In this document: in pieces, positions 52,979 through 64,000 of the stretch | Numbering within the stretch: position 1 is the stretch's first letter | Layout of the letters: each line of letters begins with the position of its first letter | Assembly (NCBI RefSeq): GCF_001194135.2 | Contig: NC_068983.1 | Location: 14,630,705-14,694,704, forward strand | Length of the DNA: 64,000 nucleotides | Reading direction: 5' to 3' | Origin: Octopus bimaculoides | Taxonomy: Eukaryota | The notes under the pieces: generated by a model | What the model was told of the DNA's origin: nothing | Seen by the model: only the letters and a program-made list of their open reading frames with translations | Database searches by the model: none | Position numbers and translations under genes: made by a program

Positions 52979-55061
52979 NNNNNNNNNNNNNNNNNNNNNN
53001 NNNNNNNNNNNNNNNNNNNNNNNNNNNNNNNNNNNNNNNNNNNNNNNNNNNNNNNNNNNNNNNNNNNNNNNNNNNNNNNNNNNNNNNNNNNNNNNNNNNN
53101 NNNNNNNNNNNNNNNNNNNNNNNNNNNNNNNNNNNNNNNNNNNNNNNNNNNNNNNNNNNNNNNNNNNNNNNNNNNNNNNNNNNNNNNNNNNNNNNNNNNN
53201 NNNNNNNNNNNNNNNNNNNNNNNNNNNNNNNNNNNNNNNNNNNNNNNNNNNNNNNNNNNNNNNNNNNNNNNNNATATATATAATCGTGGCAAGGTATGGA
53301 AGGTTTTCAGAGGACCGGAGAGATTATGTCTGGGTGGAGAATTATACGAGGTATAGTACTATACAGAATACCGAAAGGATCTTCACCTCTTACATCACAC
53401 CTTTCTTCCTACTTCAACGCCGAGGTGGTATAATTTCCTGGGAGAGAAATAATTTTGCGGCTGAGGATAGCTTTACATTGTAAATTATACATATATTAGA
53501 TTATGCACATATAAAGCTTGAAACACGTGTACCGCGGAATCCTTTGTAGTTTTGTTGTTATTTTTGGGATTTACAATTTATATATATACATATATATATA
53601 TACATACAAATACACTCATACATATGTATCTGTCTATGGATGTATGTATATGTCTGTACATATAGACATAGGTATGTGGAAGTAAAAGAAGAGAGTAGCT
53701 GTGTTGACAATTTATTTCGTTTATATGACCAACTATTAATATTTTGATTTCCTTAACTTGTTTCCATGTTCCAGTTAAAACTGAGTAAGTCATTTAAAGT
53801 AAACTATACACATATCTTGAGTCTTTCTTACAAACCATTACTTCTGGCTGAAGATAAAGAGAGGTTATTTTGTTGTAACTTTCCCTTCAATATCGTGTAA
53901 ACATGGTCATGGCTTATCTCTTTCCGTCGTCTTTACGTCCTATTCACTTATACTTCATTATTTAAAGTTTCTGACATATACGTGACGACGACCAAGAAAT
54001 ACATTTGTGAAGTGACGGCACATAAAACATGATTAATATTTCTATCAGGATGAGCCAGCATAATGAGATCGTTCAACCTGCTAAACTTTGCAACCAAATA
54101 ACCTTCAAATCATGACTTGCTGGCACAAAATAGGAATGTATTAGATAGGCATTAGTGTCTTTCATTATAAGTCTTCCTAACAATTTCCAGCTTAAAACTA
54201 AAGAGCAACATCAAGAAATGCGCATAGCGTCAAGGATTTTTAATCCGTTATCCACAATAGTATTTATATGAAATTTACATAGTCAGAATCGGCTAAATCC
54301 TTATTTCAGAATAATATTATGAAGTTATTATATAAGCTAATCAATTTTCAAACTGGTAAAGCATGTTTTAAATTGTCCTTTTAAAAAACACATATATAAA
54401 GGAGTTTAGGCGCTCACCCCAAAAGCACAGGGTGTGTGTATGTACGTATATATGTATATATGTATAATACATATACATATATATATATATATATATACAT
54501 GTGTGTGTGGGAGAATAGCAATAAGAGAAGGGAGGGAGAAGTGGGAGTGGAGAAAGAAGGGGAACAAGACAGAGGAAGAGGAGAGTTGATGAGGCCAGAG
54601 TGGGGAGGAGAGAGAGAACAGGAGTGGCTTTTAAAGCGAGGGGAGAGGTGTAACTTCAATGAATAAAATATTACAATACTTCCTTTTCTTTGTCCACTAC
54701 TTTTTTCGTCTTTACTTTCTGGTTCTTCTTCTGTCGAGCTGCACCGAGCACGATGATGAAGGCGTTATATAACCCATTTATTATAGGATTATGGAAATCA
54801 TGACATTTTCCTAATCTGTCTCCACTTCCAGAAAGAAACATCTGTGGCCGTTGTAGTCTTCTCCACCTTGAAACCAAAGGCAACACGGAGAAGACACATT
54901 CCTGTATGCCAACTGAAGCATGGTGCACTCTAATATTAGTGACATAGTAAATGAGAGCATTCAAACTTCCTGTGAAGATCAATGACAAGGGAAACTCCCG
55001 TAGCACCTGATGGCTTCGATAAACCAAATATTGAGTAACGTAACAAGAAAGAAAGACAAAT

Positions 55062-55980
55062 CGGTGGCATATGAACTCGAACATATAAGGTCGCAAGATA
55101 TTTTTACGTCGCTCTACCGATTCTGTTAACCCATCGCTCTTACATCATTGCTATTAATAATTCTACTATACACACAAAGCCTGAAATATTGGGGGACAGG
55201 CGATAGCCGATGTCTTCAAACCTAGTACTCAACGATGCTGATTTTATCAGCCACAAACTATGAAAGGCTAATTCTGTTTCGCTGATATTTGACCGGGAAA
55301 AATGCCGCTAAACAATGTGTCCGGCATGGTAACAATTCTGCCAGCTTGTCGGCTTACCATTAATATCCTTTCAACGAGAAGCACAAGGTCTCAATTTCAG
55401 GGGAAGAGATGAAGTCGATTACATCGACCCCAGTGCGTAACTGGGGTCGATGTAACCGTCCCCGAAAGGATGAAAGGCAAAGTCGACCTCGGTGGAATTT
55501 GAACTCAGAACATAGCGACGGGCGAAATATCGTTAAGCACTTAGTCCAGCATTCTAACGAATCTGCCTTACCATTAATACCAATAATCCTTTTTACTATA
55601 GGCAGAAGGGGATGTTACTGGGCGATTTTATCGATCCTGGTACTCAACTGGTACTTCTTGCATCAACCCCGAAAGAATAAAAGATGATATGAGCTCAGAA
55701 CATTGAGACTGGCGAAATGCTGCCAACCATTTTGTCTGGTTCAGGAACAAATTTTCTAGCTCACCGCCTTGATTTCATATTTTGGCAGAAGACCAGAAAT
55801 TTCGGGGAACGGGTTAAGCCGATTACATCAACCTCAGTGTTCAACTGGTACTTATTTTACCGACCCCGAATGAATGACTGTCAAAGTCGATCCCGCTGGC
55901 ATTTGAACTCAGAACGTAAAGTAGGGAAAATGCTGCTAAGCACTTTGTTCGGTGCAGTAACAATTTTACCAGCTCGGTGC
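55062..55980 (-). mobile_element. Array of five co-oriented family B SINEs (55062-55135, 55161-55350, 55368-55570, 55589-55768, 55778-55980)
   Basis: Repeated reverse-complemented head and core motifs, several separated by short TAA-like spacers, with differing degrees of decay. Confidence 0.75.
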
Positions 55981-56242
55981 CTTTCGCCTTACCAATAATA
56001 TTAATAATATAAGCCAACGATACAAGTTTTCGAAGAAGAAGCATCTTCATTTGCAACATGATCTGCTGGAAAATGACGTCAAATGATTTTCAAATCACAC
56101 GCTACGAAACAAAATTATGTTGTATAATTTATTACGAATTACTCTAAATAGTAGATGGTAACTTGGAATGCCTTCGAGTATAGATAAGACTGCTCGATTA
56201 GTACTAACCCAGGACTATGCAACATAAGCATACCATCACACA

Positions 56243-56471
56243 GCGGCGAGCTAGCAGAAACGTTAGCACGCCGGGCGAAATGCTTAGCGGTATTTCGTCT
56301 GCCGCTACGTTCTGAGTTCAAATTCCGCCGTGGTCGACTTTGCCTTTCCTGCTTTCGGGGTCGATTAAATAAGTACCAGTTACGCACTGGGGTCGATATA
56401 ATCGACTTAATCTCTTTTTCTGTCCTTGTTTGTCCTCTCTGTGTGTAGCCCCTTGTGGGTAGTAAAAAATA
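56243..56471 (+). mobile_element. Young family B SINE with an alternative 3' tail
   Basis: Intact head and core, followed by TGTCCTTGTTTGTCCTCTCTGTGTGTAGCCCCTTGTGGGTAGTAAAAAATA instead of the GGCCTTGTGCC tail. Confidence 0.9.
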
Positions 56472-57004
56472 ACAGTGAATGAACTTCTGTTCATTCTATC
56501 AGTTTTCTACATATGATCTCTAAAACTCTCTAAAATCACATATTAATGAGAAACTGATGTTAAATAGAATAGTCCCAAATATACAAAATAAGGGAACGGT
56601 CATAACTTGAACTGGACTGGGTCGAGCAACATTATCCATAAAACATGAGCAACAATAACATGTTCTCAAGTAAGTAGGCGTCCGAGATGACAACAATGAT
56701 CCGTAACAGACAAAAACAATCAAACAAACCAACAATAAAACATCTTAATCTGAAATTGAAATTTGTTAAGTCAATTTCCCTATTGTGTGAGATGAGACTC
56801 ACATAAGATTTGTCATTTCGGAATATGAGAATTAAGTACTATCAACTCGAATGACTGAGAAAAAGAAGACAAAAAAGGGAGAAAAAGAATCAATAAAATA
56901 AAGCAATAAATAATGCAACAGAAATAAAGTAAGGGGACTTATTTCAGTATTAAGTATTCCAAACGGTGTGTATATATATATATATATATGTGTGTGTGTA
57001 TATA

Positions 57005-57086
<82 letters not shown>

Positions 57087-57989
57087 GCATCCATGTACAC
57101 ACGCATACACACACATATACATATATAAAAATATAGATACATATACAGATATACACATATATATATAGTGTATTTATATATATAACTAAACACACACGCA
57201 CTCACACATCTACTTGTATATATCGTTATATATATATATAAACATGTATATGTATTATATATATATGTATATATATATATAAATATATATATATAAATAG
57301 TTCTTTTTATACATATATCATTAAGTATTCCCTTCAAAGAAGGAAGAAAATGTATCTATTTCATGAATCTCGTAAAATAAATACATCTATTGTGACGTAA
57401 ACTTTATCACCGAGGTGGTGTTTTGATGCTCTTATCGGCTGCTGCTTCATTTCGAACAATTATTTTCGGTTATAATGTATTCTCTTTGTCCATTTCAATA
57501 TTATAAGATTTCTAGAATGATGCAAGCTAATGGAAGCATTCTTCAGCGTAATACTACAAATGAATAATGTTGAGGATATAGAAAGTTATTCTTTTCTTTT
57601 TTTGTGGGTGGTGTTGATTGGCGTTGGTTGAGCAGATATAGAAATGTGAGAAAAACTATAAAAATATATTTAATCAGATGCTTTTAAGAATATATTTATA
57701 TGCGTGTACACACACAGTCGTGCACACACAATGGTGCGAATGATACATTTACATATCTATAAAATTACTAAAATGATATATAAACATATTTGATGTAATT
57801 TTTTGTCTGTCTGATTGGGTTTCAGTTTCTGTCTGTATCTCTGACTGGCGATCTTTCTCACGGCCTGGTATGGAGCTGTGTCAGGTGAGACCCTCTGATA
57901 GGGTAATAGGTACGCAGACAAAGACACGCGTGGACTAACATACTCTTACAACGATACGAACGATGTATTTATATATTGCAAAAATTAAA

Positions 57990-58190
57990 GGTTTCAAATT
58001 TTGGCACAACACCAGCAATTGGACAGAATGTAAGTAGATTATATCTACCCCATCATTCAACTAGTACATTTTGTATTAACACCGAAAGGCTGTAAAGCAA
58101 CGTCGATCTCGATGGAATTTGAGGTCAGGACGTAAAGACGGACAAAATGCCGCTAAGCATTTTACAGAGATATGTAAAAGCTGGTCCAAT
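57990..58190 (-). mobile_element. Old family B SINE
   Basis: AAATTTTGGCACAA...GTCGATCTCGATGGAATTTGAG...AAAATGCCGCTAAGCATTT. Confidence 0.65.
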
Positions 58191-59458
58191 TTTGAAGTAT
58201 ATAGAGTCAGAATTAAGCTTGAATGCAAACTCGTCATCACAGTTTTTGGAATGTAAAGACGCTCGAAGCTAGTCAGTGTAGACCAAAAAAAAAAGACAAC
58301 ACTCATCGTACAGACTCTACGCGAGCACAATAATGTGATCAGAACACACAGTGAATGTCAACTCGCAAGCACATCTCAAATGAAAGTATTTGCATGGAAT
58401 TATGCATGCTTCTGGATCGGCAAAATTGAGGAAGAATCCACACCCGTGCGCCTATCAAGCGTCGGCTTGATATTACCTCAGATCTTGTTAAAATCTCAGA
58501 TCTTGTTAAAGTCGTCCCCATTTCAAAAATGTTCCAGTGCTCGTACAATGTAATTTGCTCTTGAACTAGTAAACACCATCACCGTCACAATAGTGACTTG
58601 TTATACACCAACCATGCAGCACTTCCCTAAGCAGCCAATCGGTGAATTTTACATTAACCTGCGCTTAGCGTTTCTTATATATAGTCTTATCGAAGAAAGA
58701 ATTTCTGTTGCTAATACTCGATTTTGCTCCACTTTGACGATTTTGAAAAAGTCTTAATTTTGAATCCCACGCTAATGGTGGTATTTTCATTTATTCAGCG
58801 ATCGGTGTTTTGGGTAAGTATCAACTTCATTTGTGATCAATTTACTAATAAAACTGCATTCACTGCAATATCAATTGAAGAGACACAAGGAATCATCGTT
58901 CATTTTTATTTTATTGTTTTGCGCACATGTAAAGTCGTTTGGCCCATCATTACCATACAATAAAACAGAAGTAGCTCACCAACAAAAGTTATACCTAAAT
59001 AAATCAGGGCGGTGGAACTCAAGCGACCCACTTACCGAATCTCTTACAACATATAGATTAATAAATTAAGTATCATATAAAACGTTTCTCCAAAATATAT
59101 AAAAACTAATCCTTATGAAAAATAAATATCAATGTGAATGCCCGAGAATAATTTTGTGTTCCTGTTTGCATGTTTCTATATATCAATATGTGTTTCTGTA
59201 TGTGTAGTTCCTGAATGTTTTCAAGCTGGTGTTCCAGCATAGCCGGATTGCAGTGAGAGAAACGAGTAAAATAACATCTCACTGCGAATAATGACGTCAT
59301 AGTCCACTTTAAAATTCTAGGTTTTGCTGGCACATACGTACATATGCGTGTTTATATATATATACGTATCTATGACTACCGTCATTGTCGTAGGCCTCCC
59401 GTTCCAAGAAATTGTCCCTCCTGCTTTAATTACTTTTGTTTTTTCATCTTCAGACGTA

Positions 59459-59676
59459 CGAGAGGGTGCTGGAATGTTCCTGGATTTAAGGGTTTCGAGA
59501 AAGGCCTAGTTGGTGCCACAGACTTCAGAGTTCTTTTATATGTCCCTAGAATAACTGGACGACCGCTGCAATAAGCTTGTGAATGCAAGAAGGGAATATG
59601 CTGAGTAAAATCGTAATCAATTGATCCTCTTGTATCTTCCTTTGCTCAAAGGCAGGAACTTTCCAGCACCACCTCG
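59459..59676 (+). mobile_element. 218-bp mariner-derived MITE
   Basis: TA|CGAGAGGGTGCTGGAATGTTCCTGG ... GCAGGAACTTTCCAGCACCACCTCG|TA. Retains a transposase stop region (DRCNKLVNARREYAE*). Confidence 0.88.
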
Positions 59677-61130
59677 TAGACTCTCAAGTGAGTCAGATTT
59701 GAAGGAAACGTGCCATAAAATTTTCTGCATGGTATCGTTAGCGGTTCTTCAATGATGATTGCTAGACTTCTCTTTTCATCTCATATTTCATGGACTCTCC
59801 TCCTTCTCTTCCTTCTCCTCCTTCCTCCTCCTCTGAATATCTTATAAATGCAAAGTGTGTTTCAGATGCTTAGTAGCTTAAGAGAATCTCTCACGAGAGA
59901 AATTTGACTGCTATTTCTTGAAGGCTGTCTAACTACATATAATCTTCTTTAATGGCTCATTGCAACATTCTCACCAAGTATTGTTGAGGTAGGAAGTAAC
60001 ACTGTAGTGTCAATGACACAATGCGAACTATATCGCCGTTAGCTTATGTAGATGTCCAGCTGCGTCTGTTATATAAATGATCGTATGATAGGTCATAGGA
60101 TTTGCCAGCAGCTGAAAGCTTCAACATATTCGTAACACTTCAGTTATATCCATCCATAACACTGGAAAATCTATTTAAATAATTACACACCAGATAATAT
60201 ATCCCTGACTAGTTTCTTACGTTCATTTAATATTGTAACTTGACGTTATGACAGATTGTCAACAATAATTCCCCCACACATACACATGTATGTTCACTTG
60301 AAAAATAGGAAACTTGTCTTTTTTTTTCTCGCTGAAAAGATTAGTAGAAAAATGGCAGATATTTTTCAATTGTTTTCTCAGTTTTGTGTCACTTTTCAGT
60401 TTAATTCTGTGGGACGTTGTCCAGTGCGAGGTTTCGCTTCAAGGTACCACTGAACCTCGGCAGCTGTCTTCCATAACATGGTTTACCTGTCGCAAGTTTA
60501 CAATATCAACGTGTCTTTATGAGATGGTTATTACTCTTCTTTTAGTTATGGTAGTCTAGAGCAGCTGATATCTGTTGATCAACCTATCAAAGTTTGTCAT
60601 TTCAGCATGTTCAGGGACCAAGGTTAGATTAATTTTTAGCCCGAGTAAATATCTCGAAGGTAACACTGTTCTAATTGGTGAAACCGTTCAAGCTGTAGCG
60701 TAAAGATTTTATGTATTAACAGTTTAAAACATGTGCTGTTACCTACCGTTTGGTGCACAGAGACATTAGTGGTAGTTTTAAGGCTTTAGTTCTTAAACTT
60801 TCATAAAGTTTTCTTTATACAAAATGGACTGCATGTACCTGTTGTTTATCTCAGTATGGATGGCTGAATTTGAAGACAAGGTATACCCAAGGTATGAAAC
60901 CCCCCAGGTTGTAAATTATTATAGCGATATATGCTTGAGTGGAAGATGTTGGTATCGGTAGCAAGGATTGTTGATGTTAACTGTTTGACTATAATCTCCA
61001 GGTGTTGAGGCCCAAGTGTTACTTATCATTTGGAGGTAGATTTGGTCATGATTAAATACAGTACTGTCTCATATGCATATTCAGTTTCTGAAACGGTGAT
61101 TGCTGATGCTTTACACTTCGAGAGAAAAAC

Positions 61131-61331
61131 ATCTCCGATTGAACGTACATTTAGTTTTTAAAATTAAATATTTAAATATCAACAATCAGGAAAATGAACC
61201 ATATAAGATTATTATATAATATTTATTTATCTATGTATCTAGTTATCTATCTACCCAGCTCTCTATCTACACATGTATGTATGTATGTATGTATGTATGT
61301 ATGTGCGTATGTGTGTATGTATGTATATAAG

Positions 61332-61392
<61 letters not shown>

Positions 61393-61678
61393 GTCTGTCT
61401 GTCTTTCTATCTATCTATAAACTATAAGAATTGCAGTACGCGACCAGCTATATATAGAGATCGTAAGAAAATAGTCAGTGACATATTATATAGCAAGTAA
61501 TTGTTTAAAGAGAATGTCGCGTCTTGTGGATTGATACATAACAACTCAGTGACGTGACATGAAGTGGTTGAATTTTCAGCCGTTAGCTCAATGATATCTC
61601 CGATTGAACGTACATTTAGTTTTTACCATTAAATATTGAAATATCAACAATCAGGAAGATGAACCATATAAGATTATT
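61131..61678 (+). repeat. 83-bp direct repeat (61131-61213 and 61596-61678)
   Basis: ATCTCCGATTGAACGTACATTTAGTTTTTA...GAACCATATAAGATTATT, with four mismatches by eye. Confidence 0.95.
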
Positions 61679-61965
61679 GTGCAAATAGCGATGACGTAAA
61701 GAGATTTCATTTGCAGCTTACCAGTTTTGACTTAAAGTGATGGTCGCTGTCACTCGAACGATAAAACATGAGATTTCATGTTACTATGAAGGGAACCGAT
61801 GGTGTGAAACCTCTTCGGGGAAAATAATTATTTTTGGAAGTGTTTTCAACAGCGTTTTACAGCATATAAAAGAAGAAATTTGTCAGATCGTGCAGCAAAA
61901 AGTATACCAACCAGTTGCGTTCCGTGGCGTTTTCTTGCAGCTGGATTCAAACGTATACACACACA

Positions 61966-62008
<43 letters not shown>

Positions 62009-62112
62009 NNNNNNNNNNNNNNNNNNNNNNNNNNNNNNNNNNNNNNNNNNNNNNNNNNNNNNNNNNNNNNNNNNNNNNNNNNNNNNNNNNNNNNNNNNNN
62101 NNNNNNNNNNNN

Positions 62113-62169
<57 letters not shown>

Positions 62170-62537
62170 CTAGTAAGCTGTCACGACCTAGTGTTATATT
62201 ATATAAAATAGAAATACTGTCTTTCGTATAATAATTCTGTCAAGAGATCAGCAGTATACATGAAACTATGAATTTTGAAAGTAATACGACCGATGGAACT
62301 TCACGCTTCTCAATTGAGATATATTTTCCTCTCGTCTTTGTAAACTAGAACATACACGTAAATATCCATATGTATGTGCGTGTCTTTTATTACATACACG
62401 TTTATGTAATGAAACCTAGATTAACACATAGCCATTCATATATGTACGAGTGCTGGTGTACATGAGAGTAAGTGTTTGCCTCTGGAAATATATATATATT
62501 GATAGTTTCAATATGCTAACAAAGTATACGCGTCAAC

Positions 62538-62588
<51 letters not shown>

Positions 62589-62988
62589 GTGCTATCGATT
62601 ATTGGACGCCCGTGTTATTGTGTATACAAAATATCCATTAGATATGCTAAAGAAAACAGGATTTTGAAAACAAATTGCAAATAACTGCAGGATATTATTC
62701 ACATTTTCCCCAATAAACATTGAAATAAATTACATATACATATTAAGCTAGCAGAAACAGACGATTTTCGTCAATACATGCGGGCCTTCGTTTTGTAAGC
62801 TGCTTCATATTCTATATTATTAATGCAACTAGATACATTAATTAAATGTTTATGTAAATATGTGTTCCTGATAAGTGCACACACACTCACACACAAACAC
62901 ACATACGTTTATTTATTTATTCCTACATGTATTTTTGTATATATATACGGATGACCGATTGTATTTATTTATAAATTTACATATATAT

Positions 62989-63020
<32 letters not shown>

Positions 63021-64000
63021 NNNNNNNNNNNNNNNNNNNNNNNNNNNNNNNNNNNNNNNNNNNNNNNNNNNNNNNNNNNNNNNNNNNNNNNNNNNNNNNN
63101 NNNNNNNNNNNNNNNNNNNNNNNNNNNNNNNNNNNNNNNNNNNNNNNNNNNNNNNNNNNNNNNNNNNNNNNNNNNNNNNNNNNNNNNNNNNNNNNNNNNN
63201 NNNNNNNNNNNNNNNNNNNNNNNNNNNNNNNNNNNNNNNNNNNNNNNNNNNNNNNNNNNNNNNNNNNNNNNNNNNNNNNNNNNNNNNNNNNNNNNNNNNN
63301 NNNNNNNNNNNNNNNNNNNNNNNNNNNNNNNNNNNNNNNNNNNNNNNNNNNNNNNNNNNNNNNNNNNNNNNNNNNNNNNNNNNNNNNNNNNNNNNNNNNN
63401 NNNNNNNNNNNNNNNNNNNNNNNNNNNNNNNNNNATATATATATATATATATATATGTGTGATGTATTTCCGAGCATAAAGAATTACTTAATCTCTATTT
63501 ATTTTATTGAAAAACTCTGCTTTGTTATATACAAATAAATTTAATATATTAATTCAAATATATGGCAATTATATCTAAATGTGTTTTTTATGAACCTCTA
63601 AAAATATGCAGCTACACAAATATATGTGAATGTGTGAGAATACGTATGCACATGTCTACATGTGAATAAAATATATAAATATATATGTATGAATATAGGT
63701 ATGTGTCAGTTTATGTAATTGTATAAAGACACATATATATATACATACAAATATAGTTGACGCCCGTGAATATTGGAAGGCGACTCGTTGTACCAAGTCT
63801 TAAATTGATGTTGTAAATTTTCCAATATTGTATATACAGAGTTTATACAGAATTCCTTTGCGCCTTTTAGAATTTAAATGATATACATACGTGAGTATAT
63901 TTGAATTTATGTAACTCTTTAACGTAGTCTCTGCCGGCCTCATACATACATACATACATACATACACACACGCATATATATATATATATATATATATATA

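Noticed and set aside
54528-54565. Potential G-quadruplex in a purine tract
   Set aside because: It needs a 13-nt loop, lies in low-complexity sequence and has no functional context.
58477-58512. 18-bp tandem duplication
   Set aside because: Trivial slippage product.

Overview
This is AT-rich, repeat-dense eukaryotic DNA with about 16 N-gaps, nearly all next to microsatellites. The SINE families resemble ones I associate with octopus, so it is probably a cephalopod, but that is an inference and was not checked by a search. I found no intact host gene, rRNA, tRNA gene or CRISPR array. Most listed ORFs are read-throughs of microsatellites or gaps. What the sequence does support is a layered set of mobile elements. 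There are three decayed mariner-type elements and a Tc1-like element with ~215-237 bp TIRs and D35E spacing. There are two R4/Dong-type non-LTR fragments (an RT thumb and a restriction-like endonuclease) associated with (TAA)n, and a probable CR1-like 3' remnant. More than 25 tRNA-derived SINE copies fall into at least three families, several in head-to-tail arrays. There are also two foldback/MITE-like elements and several local duplications. The most notable leads are (1) a minimal type I hammerhead-ribozyme fold in a Penelope-like remnant at 1049-1085, and (2) an apparent cycle in which SINE (ATT)n tails act as landing pads for TAA-targeting R4/Dong elements and for further SINEs. A few weak exon or ORF candidates are flagged at low confidence.
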